Assembly (NCBI GenBank): GCA_000934665.2
Contig: KZ538452.1
Location: forward strand, 49,897 to 69,896
DNA length: 20,000 nucleotides
From: Catajapyx aquilonaris
Lineage: Eukaryota
Direction of reading: 5' to 3'
Below the pieces are notes generated by a model. That model was not told the origin of the DNA. It did no database searches and worked only from the letters and a program-made list of their open reading frames with translations. The position numbers and the translations under genes are program-made. Positions 1-11,565 of this stretch are shown here, piece by piece (positions within the stretch are counted from its first letter, which is position 1; every line of letters begins with the position of its first letter).

Positions 1-3000
1 ATATGTTAAGCGTTAAGGAATATCTTCACCTGCTGCAGTTAGCGAACACTATATAGGGTGTTTAATGGGGGATAGGGAACACCAAGACAAACCCTTTACG
101 TCAATGAATGTATGTCCGTTGACGTCATCCATCGGAAACACGAGCTAATCCTATTGAATTGCAATTGTACTCTGCTTACACGAGCAGCCATACAAACACA
201 ACATAAACAGTCGGCAGGTCTCAAATTCTTCGCCTTCTGTGACGTATTCCCCCTTAATTAAGTGCGTTTATGTAGGCAACTGTTTGGAAATTCCCTGAAA
301 CATTGTTCCAGATCCACGGAAGTGCACAAATGAAGGTTTGGAAAGCTGCGGAGGGATATAATTACCGTAACGAGGCTTTGGAAAGGCGTAAACTGCTGCA
401 TCCTGGCTTTTGGAATAGCATCCTGTGTGTATAGTCGCAGAGAGGCAGCAGCAGGGCCTGGCTCTCAAAGTGTATCGAAGTTTCCCCGTGCTTGGCATCG
501 TCTCCCTCAACCCCCATTTTAATAATGAGATACTCAAACAATCCTTATCACTTTTATAAAAACGGTTTTCACCTGGAGTTTGTTGGGCGGGAGGAAATTA
601 GGCTCAGATCGTCGGGGAGATGATGACGTTGTATCAGTTTCCTTGCGTGCTTAATAGGTCTCCAGAACACAGTAATCCAGCGGAATTACAGGCAGAGAGG
701 GTTGCTAATCAGGTGAGTACAGGTCGGGCCTGAGCCGAGCCTATTCTCAGTTTGCAACACACACGCACAAGCGAAAAAACGCACGTTGGAAACGGTATTC
801 TTGCTTAAATAGCAAATGGAGCAGAAGGCCTGCCAACATCATTCAAATCAGGTCGAATACTTTTTTACATGATATTCTGACACGCCTTTCTTCGAGACTG
901 CCAACCCCTCCTAAGGTAACCTCGACTTTATTTTGGCTTCAAAGCAGGCCGTGAGGTCACATGTATATTCTAGGAGCTACTAAAATTCAGCACGTGGCAA
1001 CGTTGGAATTAAATCCGTTTTTTTATGTGTGCCTTCCTCTCCCATGTCCTATTACTGTTGGATGAATTTTGCGATAGATATTCTTTACGAGGAACCCTTG
1101 GTGCAGTTTTATGATCGACGTATTTCCCTAGTTATGACTACTATCCTTCAGATTAGTCATTAAGTTTACAAATAGGTCCTATCGTGCTGAAGAGCCCCGG
1201 TCCCTGATCATATGCTCATCTATATGCAGAATCTTTTGACTGGTTGAGACCACCCCGATTTCATGGGTCTGACATTGGCCTGTAATCAACCGCTCCGGAC
1301 ATTTGCATAAATAGGCGTCCATGGACCAACCCAAAAACGGTTCCAATCTCTTCATTTGGGAAATTCTCCAGATATATTGATCGATTAGGAATAACGAAAA
1401 AGTGGAGTACGTGAAAGTCATTACAGCCAAATATTTGATTCAGACTACGAATCTAATCCAGAGTTAATTCCGCCAATTTTTTTTCTTCTTCGGGGACAGA
1501 TGTGTAATTGGTCCAAAGTGGAATGGCAATATTGAGCTAAGGAAGATTCCAGAATTGGACTGTATTTTTATCCGGTGTCTTGATGCGGCCTGGGGGGCCT
1601 GGGTGTGAAATTCGGAACGAATCTTGCACCTATAAAACCAGGTCGTGTATCATTTACAAAAGCCAGTCTTACAGTGCAGGTTAATTGGAGCCCGTAATTA
1701 AAAAGGCAAACGAGCACGTTTATTCCAAACCCACGTGGTCTTCGATGCAAGAGGGCAGAAAGATAGCAAAATGCTATCTTTGAACTGTGACATGAAAAAT
1801 GGGGGCTTTTGCCACGAGCCGCATAATTACACCTGCAACGTGTAAATGACAGCGTGGAAAATTTGAATCGATAAATGATACATTTTTAATGCTTTGGTCT
1901 ATCACGTTGGCCGGTACTGTAGGCGAACGACCAGCTCCATCTCGCATCTAGTGTAAACCCTCTCTTATCAAGGCGTAGAAATATCTGACACCTGGTAACC
2001 TGCTCCAGAATCGCCAATTATGCACGCTAATTGTTGGCACCTGGCCCTCTTGCATGCAACAGTGTACACTGTATAGGTGCAGGCTTGACTTTTGAGCCAT
2101 TTCTCATTTTTGGAGAGTCCTGGCTCCAATTTGGGCTGGGGGAGCCTAATTGTTTAATATGGAGGTAAGGGGGAGGTTATGTTTATACCAGGTGTGGCCT
2201 CTCATTTGGAAGTTTGAATTGTGATGTTCCACACGCAATTCAAGCTCGGAAGCCCTTGTCCAACCTCTTCATGGTTCCTGCCTTCGACACTCTGATTGTC
2301 TCGCTGACCTTATGGTTTAAAATGTCTTGGACTCAAAATTGTAAAAATTGCTATATGAGCACATGATTTCCGCCACATCTATTCATTTTACAGGGTGCTG
2401 AACGATGACAGCGGCAACTGGGCAATCGTATTTCAGGGTTTAATTGGCCTTGGCGAATGGGGAATATGTGGCCTTTGAAAGTGACCTTACGAATGCTTAA
2501 TTTCTTATGGGTCATCCCCCCACGAATTTGATGTGATAAATTTTTGGCATTGGTCATAAGCAGATAGGGCAATTAATGCCGGCGCAATTAGGCTGGATGC
2601 ACTGTAGGTCGGAGCTGCATCGGAAAGGGAGGGATATGAAAAGGCAGCCGCAGTTCATATCCCTGCCATCCATTCACATATACGACCTAATTGGTCATAA
2701 AAATCACATTCACGGCAATACCGATTCTTCTCCAAGCGAAGCATTGGTTGGAAAGTACAGAGTGCGCTTTCAAATCTGTTCAAACTGCGCAAAAGTGACG
2801 GAGAAAGGAATCCAACGCCGCTCATCGACCTTCCAATGTTCGCTCGTATCAAAAATCGTATTCAAGTGTGTAGGCCTATTCTGCCACTTGTTTATTCACT
2901 TATTCGCAAAAACTTTGTCGTTAACGTATTTGTGCCACTGTCGGGTGTAGAATGTCAAAAGACATTGAACTCGGTGCAATGATAAAACACCTATTAAAAG

Positions 3001-3289
3001 TTGCCCTTTTAGAGCAGAATTTATAGAATAGTTCACTTTCAATTTTTCATTCCTATCATCCAGGTATGAAATTCATAAGTGAATGGACATTTCCACGCAC
3101 GCCTGTTCCCGAGCCCTCGTCCTGATTGTGAATTCCATTTCTCGTGATTGATAATTCAGAGGTAAGCTCCCGCACAATGAGAACATAACAGCCCTTACCG
3201 AAATTTTCTCTACCTCGCGGCGAGGTCGTCAGACGAGCTTATGGCCACCCAACCGCATACTAGCGGTTGTTTCATTTCGCTATGTCGCG

Positions 3290-3346
3290 GGCGAGGTGGT
3301 CGCAAGGTGGCGGTGGCGAGGTGGTCGCAAGGTGGCGGTGGCGAGG
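3290..3346. repeat. 25-bp tandem repeat (GGCGAGGTGGTCGCAAGGTGGCGGT), ~2.3 copies
   Basis: GCGAGGT recurs at 3291, 3316 and 3341. Confidence 0.9.
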
Positions 3347-3628
3347 TAGTCGCGAGGTACCCACCTCGCCAGCCAAGGCAGTCGCGAGGTACCCACCTCG
3401 CCAGCCAAGGTAGTCGCGAGGTACCCACCTCGCCAGCCAAGGTAGTCGCGAGGTACCCACCTCGCCAGCCAAGGTAGTCGCGAGGTACCCACCTCGCGAC
3501 CACCTCGCCAGCCAAGGTTGTCGCGAGGTACCCACCTCGCCAGCCAAGGCAGTCGCGAGGTACCCACCTCGCGACCACCTCGCCAGCCAAGGTAGTCGCG
3601 AGGTACCCCCCTCGCGACCACCTCGCCA
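3346..3628. repeat. 32-bp hairpin minisatellite (GTAGTCGCGAGGTACCCACCTCGCCAGCCAAG), ~8 units, some with an 11-bp duplication
   Basis: Period 32 read directly (CCCACC at 3360, 3392, 3424). Each unit has a GCGAGGT-accc-ACCTCGC stem-loop, and later units carry an extra ACCTCGCGACC. This array generates the repetitive ORFs at 3210-3629. Confidence 0.95.
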
Positions 3629-3666
3629 CTATATTGATATTATATATAAATTAATTTCGGTAAGGA

Positions 3667-3713
3667 GACCTCGTCATGACGAGCTAGCCGCTACTTGGCG
3701 CCGAGCAAGTCAT
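3667..3713 (-). repeat. Isolated inverted 47-bp copy of the 72-bp array unit
   Basis: Perfect reverse complement of 4337-4383 (ATGACTTGCTCGGCGCCAAGTAGCGGCTAGCTCGTCATGACGAGGTC). Confidence 0.95.
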
Positions 3714-4053
3714 ACTGGGGATGGGGAAGTGGCTTTTTCGCTTTTTATTATTCGCTTCTTCGCATGGTTGGTTGCTTGGTTTTCGTAGAAGTGGTGCCCG
3801 GCTTGTATGGCTCTTTCATACCGCGGATGGTCCTGCTCGCACCAAACAGCATTGCCATTTAACGACTCAGGCAAATTAATGTCACAATGAAGTACCTCGG
3901 GGGTAAATGAGCCGCATGCAGTGGAGTATCCTGCCACCTTTGCACATGGGTAATGGCCAAAATTTATTCGCATTGTCGTGGGGTAAATCGGTGCAACGAT
4001 ACACCGACGGCAGCGCCATCTCCACGCGGGAAGCTGCCCCACATTCGAATAAA

Positions 4054-4385
4054 TTGCTCGGCGCCAAGTGGCGGCTAGCTCGTCATGACGAGGTCAGAAA
4101 AAGAGACTTGAGATCGCGGAATGACTTGCTCGGCTCCGAGTAGCGGCTAGCTCGTCATGACGAGGTCAGAAATTGAGACTTGACCTCGCGGAATGACTTG
4201 CTCGGCGCCAAGTAGCGGCTAGCTCGTCATGACGAGGTCAGAAAAAGAGACTTGAGATCGCGGAATGACTTGCTCGGCGCCAAGTAGCGGCTAGCTCGTC
4301 ATGACGAGGTCAGAAAAAGAGACTTGAGATCGCGGAATGACTTGCTCGGCGCCAAGTAGCGGCTAGCTCGTCATGACGAGGTCAG
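4054..4385. repeat. 72-bp tandem array, ~4.6 copies, each with a 14-bp palindrome CTCGTCATGACGAG
   Basis: CGTCATGACG at 4081, 4153, 4225, 4297 and 4369; units are nearly identical. Confidence 0.95.
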
Positions 4386-4821
4386 GAGAATATTTGACAG
4401 CCGCGAGGTCCCGCGACGTGGCGGCTATCCTGAGGCGAGCTCGCCAGCTTCTGGCGACCTAGCGGCAAGCTCGCGGCTATGTTAAATTTTGGTAAGGGAG
4501 CGTCTCCATCATATATGCCCGACCCTTCAAAAAAGGGCGAAAAATCCCCATTATATCGTAGTAGGTATACGTCAAGTAGGTGGTTCATTAAGAAACGTTA
4601 CCAAGATCAGCAAAGGCTTAGCTTGAACACACGAAAGCGCCAGAGCCTATAAGCGTCCAAGTGATAAAGCCATCTCACGTGCCGACGGCGACGAATACCA
4701 TCGGAGAAAATCATTGCGGAAATAACGCGAGCCTAAAAATGGGCAGGGGGGCCCTCATGCGAGCGCACACTTGATCACGCAATGGGATGAGAGTCATAAT
4801 TCGTTCTCTGCTACTGCATTG

Positions 4822-4849
4822 GGATGGATGGATAGGTAGGATGGATGGA
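4822..4849. repeat. Short imperfect (GGAT)n microsatellite
   Basis: ggatggatggataggtaggatggatgga. Confidence 0.7.
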
Positions 4850-6450
4850 CGAATTTTGGTAATTGTCGTTCACAGGATTTGTAAGCGGCGCGCGATGGCG
4901 GCCTGCTTGTCACTACGTCCACGCGCCACCAGGAGTCGCCTGATTGGCTCGTTCTCCAAGTGAGGACATGTTAGCTGGAATCACGCGGGCGTCTTTGTCA
5001 CTGATGGATCCTACCCACCAATTGACAATTAAATCATTTCACATTTTCCCTTAATTTCTGACTTGCATTAAATAGGCATAATTATAATTAGAAGCTACTA
5101 TTCGTAAAGCCAATATTGATACTTGGGAGGAAGATCCGAATCGTGTAAGAAAAATGTGTCTTAGAACGAAGGGTGCAGTAGAGTGGTAACCTCACCTCCC
5201 CGTACCGAAAGAGGCCGCGCCCTAGATTCACACCCAGGTGAACTAATTGGGTCCTTCCAAACTTGCCGGCGCGTGAGCTAATCTCATTTCACTCTCTTCT
5301 TATCTCCTCTTTCGACACTCTTGTTCCACATTGGCGCTGGCCGTTTTCGGTCCCTTCCGTACAAAATTAAATTCCTAATGCGGCAGACTCATCGCGTTAT
5401 AAGGGCAGACTGTATTAAAACCGATGTCTCAGCATGTGAATATAGACTCCCATTGCCTGGTAGAGAGTTTGAGCCGAATATCAATAATTAGCAGATTGTG
5501 ACATTAAAGGACGGACAAATTGGTGTGATTTTTTCGCGCCCATAATTTTGACATGTGTTTGTTTTTAGCGGTTTCAGATATCAGGGTTGTATTGATAACA
5601 GGGAAGGCGGAAACATTTCCGGGTTCCTTTTAATAAGGAAATGAGATTCTAAGATTCGTGCGATATAACGGCACTCGAATCAGTCTTTTGCGCAATTCTC
5701 GTGTATCGTTAAATATGTATCAAACCGCGAGTGTGTAGTCTCCCCAAAACTGCATGGGATATTAACAACGTCCATTTTATATTAAGCAACATCTGCGGCT
5801 GCCTCACGTCGTGTCCAAGAGCACATTATTCATATCGAATGCATGTGTAATGGAAACGGAGGCTCCGAAACCACTCAAATTGACATTGATCCACCAGCGA
5901 CATTTGGGCACACCCTGCCTTTATTTGGGACGAAAGTGTACTTTCATTACTGCGCGTAAAAGGAATACTGCTGGGCCAAAGCTTTGGGGGAATTGTAGCC
6001 ACCGGGGAATATTTGAGAGGTGGCATATTCAACACAAATGCATTTCCCCATGCTCACCTACTAAAAATTAAAACCGCTTTAATAGCACTATTAGCAGGGG
6101 CACAAAAATCTCATTTGAACAAAAATTCAAGTGCCTGTATTGCAGCGCAGACATGTTGGGGAGGATATTAGTGCAGTAAGTGAAGTGTTTCAAGAACTTT
6201 TGCAATATTACCTGCAAGCCTTTTTAAAAAGCACAGTACTTGCATCCTTTAAGAAATAGAATTTGTTGGATAACATCAGTTGCACTCGATATATCTCAGC
6301 ATAGGTTAATGTTAGCCTACCAATAAATGCATTCATGTAGAAAATGAATTTGTGTCCAGTTTTTCTATCTGTGTGTCTTATTAAAGTACCTACTGGTGTG
6401 TGAGATACCACGACGTCCTTCTCACACATCGATGACCACCTCATCGGTTT

Positions 6451-6622
6451 TTATTTACAATTGAGTTCCACTGTAACCGATTTTCCGGATTCATCGTACA
6501 GTACAACGTCAGTGTCCACAATAATATTTCCCCTTTCATCGTGCTGCTGGCCAACTGTTGCCAACTCAGGCTCCCCCATCTCGTCTAAAGCAAACTCTCT
6601 CACGAGCATTTCCACCTCCCAT
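6451..6622 (-). pseudogene. Putative relic exon encoding an acidic peptide of unknown family
   Basis: After an AG acceptor (..gaaacag|) one frame reads WEVEMLVREFALDEMGEPELATVGQQHDERGNIIVDTDVVLYDESGKSVTVELNCK*. The composition is protein-like, but no family is recognised. Confidence 0.35.
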
Positions 6623-8356
6623 CTGTTTCAATGCTTCATCAGAAAAAAAGTGCACAATCAGGTTACAAGAGCAGCATCAGCCGGCTTAGATTCCACTTTG
6701 AAATCAGGTACGAATATCCTGGAGTAGGGATACTCCATCAACCCTCGTCTTGCATGACAAAGCAAAGGACCGGCACTTAGTGGTACGTAGGTCACTTGTC
6801 ATGTCCAGGATGGCACTCGAGCTCGCACGGAGGGTGTCAGATTCTTGCGGGTAACTTATTTTTATGAAATCATCGGAGGAGCTTTACGAGTACCGTTATG
6901 AGCAAGGTTGTCGGCTGCCTCCCCTGGCGGGTGGGTAAGTGCATTAGGTAGTCTGGGCACGCCGCCAATGCGTGGCGTTGCGCGGCCTTGGAAACGGCGC
7001 GTGGCTGGCCACGGGAGCGCCCGCGGCCACCATGTGGCACCTTTACAAGACGGGGGTGAAACTCAAGAAAGGAAAAAAAAAGAGAAAGAAGTAGTAGTAA
7101 GGTGGTCACGCGCCTGGTTCCAGTCGGTGGAAGCCGCAAGTGATTAGTTGACGCCGGCAGCTCGTCTTTTTTGTGTTATGCTCCACTGCGTTTCTTTGCT
7201 ACGCATCCGTGTATTGAGGAGGGCTCAAGTGAGCTGTTTCATTATTAAAACCATCAATATTTTTTTCTGAACTGCCAATGTATTGAGAGTGACTATTTCA
7301 GTGTGTACGAATATAGTTTTTTTTTTTAAATTTGAAGAGACAGCAGAGTGGAAGGGACCAGACTGCCTCACCCTGTGGTATAGCAACTTTTCTCTCTGAC
7401 ATGGGTAGACCCTCTCCGGATCCATTTCGTTTCCAATTCAATGTGGTTGCCGCAACTTAGCGAGTCCATCACAAGGGACGCGCCAGCGTAAAAGCCTTCC
7501 TTCTTTATGCCGGCACCTGCTCAGTGGACCGTATAAGTCATTGCCATCATAAAGTTGGTGTGCATTTCTTTCACGCCTACCGTCACGTCACCACGCACGC
7601 GGCGCCATCAGCAGACATATTTCACTACTGCTCCAATTCAAACACTACTTTGAAAAGGATCCGACCTGACTGCCATTTCTCAACGTAATCACTTCCCAAC
7701 AGCTCACGATATGCATCATTTGTATATCAGTTTTGTCGACTCCACGCGGAACGTGTCGTCGACGCCAATTCTTCTCCGGCGGCGCACAACCCGGTGCACA
7801 TTGGCGATATCGTTTGAAAAATGTCCCTGCCAGTATAAATGGAGTCACAGTTGCGAAGAAAAGGACAGGTCTCACCTTGGCCTGACACCTAAAGCATGTA
7901 TCCATTTCCTATCAAGGTACAGTCTGCATTGCCATACCTTTCCGTCACATGTTCACAATGAGGGGTGGATCCTGCCGTGTCTCTGCGGAAATAACGTAAC
8001 GGAAGTGGGTGGCTTTCACCAGGTAAACTGCAGCATGGTCAGTTACACATGATGTTTCGGCGCCAAAGCTCCAGTATATCGTAAACAAAGAGCTTCGGTG
8101 GCCGTCATGGGGGTGAGCCAGGTGCCTCACAAAACTTCATGCATGAGTAGAGGGGTGAGTGGGAGGGGGCCTTCTCTCAGCGGTTTTGACGGTGGTAATG
8201 GCCCTGAATTGGAGGGTTTTTTAAAAACGCTCCCTGGCCTTCGAACTGTTGAATATGCTCATTGACTGGGATAGTGCTGCGAAAGTTGATATTAGCAGGT
8301 AACTCGGGTGATTCAAAAGCAAACAGGCTGCAAAATGGGCAAATAATGCAATTTAG

Positions 8357-8384
8357 CCAGTGTTGGAATCCAGTGTTGGAATCC
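8357..8384. repeat. 13-bp tandem duplication CCAGTGTTGGAAT x2
   Basis: Read directly. Confidence 0.85.
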
Positions 8385-8543
8385 TGATGGCCAGTATTTT
8401 ACTAGTTGTCATTGTACTTGTAATGTATATAATTTACTTGGAAAAGGTGCGCCAATAACTGTATGTTCTGTCCCTGTACTGTTGCAGTAATATTCGAGTG
8501 GTGGATTCATCTAGTAGAACGACGGTAGATCCGCTTAACTAAC

Positions 8544-9562
8544 AGCACAAAAGTAGTGGGCTCCATCAGATAAATAAGGCGATTGTGCGTAGCCAGGAGG
8601 TGTATCCACTCGCAAAGGTCTGCCACACTGGTTGCACACATGGGCTTTCCCATTCTGAAAGGTGGGCACCCTTGTCCCTTTTTAGGCGATTGTGTGACGG
8701 ACAACCCTGGATAAGCAGCCTTGTTTACGTTCCACTTGATATTGTTATATGGAAACTACTGAATCATAATTATGACCTAAGCATAAGGAGACTGGGTGAC
8801 CTCAAGGATGTTGATAGGGAAGTGGTCGTGTACACACCACAGTTAATTTGGGTTGTTGGTACTGTGTGTACCATGTTGTTGAGAAATAGCTCCACGCAAG
8901 TCGGGGGAGTGGGCCAGCCAGATTCAGCCTAGCAGAAACAAATGAAAAATGATGGCTTGGTTTGGGAGAAGTGTGGCCAGGTGGAGGATGTAGAGGGGTT
9001 CCGCTCAAGCGGCGTCTCACCGGAACTGTAGCATCTGGCAACCGCGTCTGCTGAGTGAGGACAGGATGTGCCATTGCTTTTGCCCGGACAGGACACGCGG
9101 GCTTCATATGCCACTTTTTGACCTTAAGACACGCTCTACTGAACATAATCCCAGTAGGCAACAGGCCGCGTGTTGTTGCCTTTGCGTTGTACTGTATACG
9201 TGTGTTATGTGGGCCGTCGGCCTGTCTTCCAACGACCCCGATTTCCGGCCTTCTTCAAGAGCGACTTGCGGCCTTGCCCGTGCAACTGGGCACCATCTAA
9301 CTGTTGTTCAGTGAGAACGTTACGGAATGGCAGAAATAAAATTGAGATTGTATCTTGAAAAGATTTCAATGCGTCGTTTGATAAAGGGCTGCAGGTCTTC
9401 TCTCTGGACAGGTTGTGTTGTTGCCCTCGTTAGGGTTCTTGTTTCTTGTTTCACCTCTCCAATTATTATCAGTACCACCGTAGGGGACTTGATGGTAGGA
9501 AATTGGTCGGTGTGTTTACTGTCTCCAAAGTATCCCAGCTGACTACTGGCGATTTCAGTCAT
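8544..9562 (-). pseudogene. Degenerate exons resembling a Ulp1/C48 SUMO-protease domain followed by a CxxC..HxxC zinc finger
   Basis: VQREDLQPF (~9383-9409); YQQPK/NCGVY across a frameshift (NCGVY 8830-8844); phase-consistent join 8777>8706 giving LMLR|VVRHTIA; then CNQCGRPLRVDTPPGYAQSPYLSDGAHYFC (8547-8636). Stops and frameshifts are present, and the catalytic His/Asp are not clearly visible. Confidence 0.35.
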
Positions 9563-10307
9563 AATTATTTGCTCTGATTATTATTCCAGAGTAAGTAAAA
9601 ATACCATAGTAATTCGGATACTATTCAAATGCTGGACCTCGCGCTTATAAGATATTTGTTATTTATATACTACAGGCAAGACTGTAGGCCTACACATACT
9701 TGAACGCAAGGTACTCTCACAGAAAATGGACTTTGTAAAGATAAAAAACGATGTCTTCAGAACTGATGGGGATTGATATTGATCTAAATAAATGCAATAT
9801 TTCTTAAATAATATTACGTATTAATTCAAACATTCGGTGGCAGAAGTGACTTGATTTTGACCCGATGGAGAAATAGCCACTTTGGGATGGGCGGAAGATT
9901 TAATATTATTTTGGAGAAAATTGTATGGTATCAAATAAAGACCTGCATGAGGATGAGAGAAAAATGTATACCGTATAGCCTAATATTTTACAACTTGTTT
10001 CTCCTCGGCATTAACTCCAGTAGCTGGCGTGATATTATGTGGTGAAAACAGGCGGGAACGAAGTGGTTTGGGCAGGTTAATATTGGGCCAAGGTGGAACA
10101 ATTAGGCCCCCTAATGAGGCTTCTCACCTAGAGAGAAAACGTAAATATCGAGCAACAGTTACAAATAACATAGCCCATATAAAAATAAAGTTATCAATGA
10201 CTCGCTCGTGTTTTACTCCCCAGCTCTTGTGACGAAAGTTTGTACAATTTTCAGATAATGTGCCCTAATCTAGAGATTTGTCCCATCCTTCTAACCCTTA
10301 AAGCTAC

Positions 10308-11565
10308 CTTCTCGAGTACAATGTACTGTACATGACCGTCAGTGCGATATTTACAGTGTAGAAGTACAGGCACAAGGTTCCAAACAGGTATCCAGGTAAC
10401 CCGATTTAACCGCAATTCCCAGTACACGGCAGGAACTCTTTTTTGGAGCCATAGATACAGCAGGCTAGGCATACAGGGCTTAAACGCGTTATTATACTGC
10501 ATTATGCAGGCTGTAGTATGTGCGTACGTATAAAAACAAAATTGATCTAGTTCATTTTGGGAATTTCAACTCATTCTGACGTTAATCGACTTTCAATTTT
10601 CGTTTCGTCACCACACTTATAACTACATATTACGGAATAACACGCTGAACAGACTGCTTGGTTGCATCTGTAGTTGAACCAACAGAATAATTCAAGCCAT
10701 TAACCATGGGTGACGTATATACAAGAATTGGTAGGCAATTATCTCGGTAGGCTAATGAAGCCGAAATTTGCAAAATTAACTTGAGAAGGTAACCGTAACG
10801 TGTGTATCGCCATTGTCGCAGTACTAAATGACACGAGTCAAATTTTGACAATAATAGAGTATACCTGTAGTTTGCTAGAAACATCTGTAGAGCTTCTAGC
10901 AGGAAATGCCTGGTACAGAAACGCTCTTTTGGATAGACCTCAGCACAGTGGAGGTATAGCCCTATATCACCGAGTCCATATAGCGACATGTAAATAAAAT
11001 ATACGCCGCGAAACGCACAAATGCCAGGTTTGAATGAACTGCCAACTCCGTAAAATTGTAGTTGTGGACATACTTCATCATCCGAACTACCATTTTCACT
11101 GGCACTGGCAATTGGCAATTGTACACCNCCCCCCCCCCCGTTCAATTTGCATCGACAGTGCACGTAAAGAATGACTTTTCGTTTAGCATGGGACAATAGC
11201 CAGGTGATTTCGAATCAATTTATTTCCGTTTACTCTATATAGCCTATCACTTATATTTTTAGCAGCCCATATAACCATATATTGTGAATATCCCCTACTC
11301 TGTAACAAAGTGCTGCATTCGACCGACTTTTAGACCGAATCCAAAATTATCCGCGCGTAATTACAAGGCAACCCTATTTGCAGTTGCATTTCTCAGCGAT
11401 TGTGTGTCGCGTCGTGATTACAAATCGCACCCAATCCTGCTGCGAACCTAAATCAGTCGAGCACGGCAACTGAAAAATTGCCCTTACGAGAATATTGTTG
11501 TTTGGTCTAACTCGTTTATCCTTCCTGTCGGGCGGCTGGACCGCAATTTCTGTTTGGTCCCCCAA
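10308..11565 (-). pseudogene. Degenerate Kolobok/Mutator-like DDE transposase (relic)
   Basis: Motif order by manual translation: AD(N)FWIRSKSRSNAALC (11305-11354, needs one frameshift); RKVILYVHCRCK; EVCPQLQFYGVGSSFKP; GLGD (10966-10977); EVYPKERFCTRH (CxxH 10906-10917); YW..W..W..RTDGHVQ (10326-10346). Includes the longest ORF in the window (10630-11196). GT donors at 10864 and 10307. Confidence 0.45.

Larger units (their letters stand above)
3192..4498. mobile_element. Non-autonomous composite DNA transposon, CACTA/EnSpm (CMC)-like, ~1.3 kb
   Basis: Left end CCCTTACCGAAATTT (3192-3206) and right end AAATTTTGGTAAGGG (4484-4498) are inverted repeats (14/15). Both ends are flanked by AG (3190-3191 and 4499-4500), consistent with a 2-bp TSD. 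Extensive subterminal tandem/inverted repeats; the right end recurs at 19905. The superfamily assignment is inferred from CCC termini, 2-bp TSD and subterminal repeats. Confidence 0.75.

Noticed and set aside
1759..2072. Hairpin AAAGATAGCA-aaa-TGCTATCTTT (1759-1781) and palindrome ACAGTGTACACTGT (2059-2072)
   Set aside because: Isolated short symmetries with no associated element or context.
3200..3236. Hammerhead-like CTGACGA-stem-GAAA on the minus strand
   Set aside because: GAAA does not directly follow stem II, and no stem I/III with a cleavage triplet could be built. The hairpin is the element's ACCTCG motif.
3210..3629. Four overlapping ORFs with repetitive peptides
   Set aside because: Artefacts of a GC-rich minisatellite; the period of 32 is not a multiple of 3.
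3907..4143. YTDGS RNase H-like motif in a plus-strand ORF
   Set aside because: Isolated five-residue match. The frame runs into the tandem array with no downstream E/D motifs or RT.
3346..4385. CRISPR-like appearance of the palindromic 32-bp and 72-bp arrays
   Set aside because: Units are head-to-tail with no unique spacers, there are no cas genes, and the context is a eukaryotic transposon.
6625..6642. CTGATGA...GAAAC on the minus strand
   Set aside because: No stem II between the boxes, so not a hammerhead.
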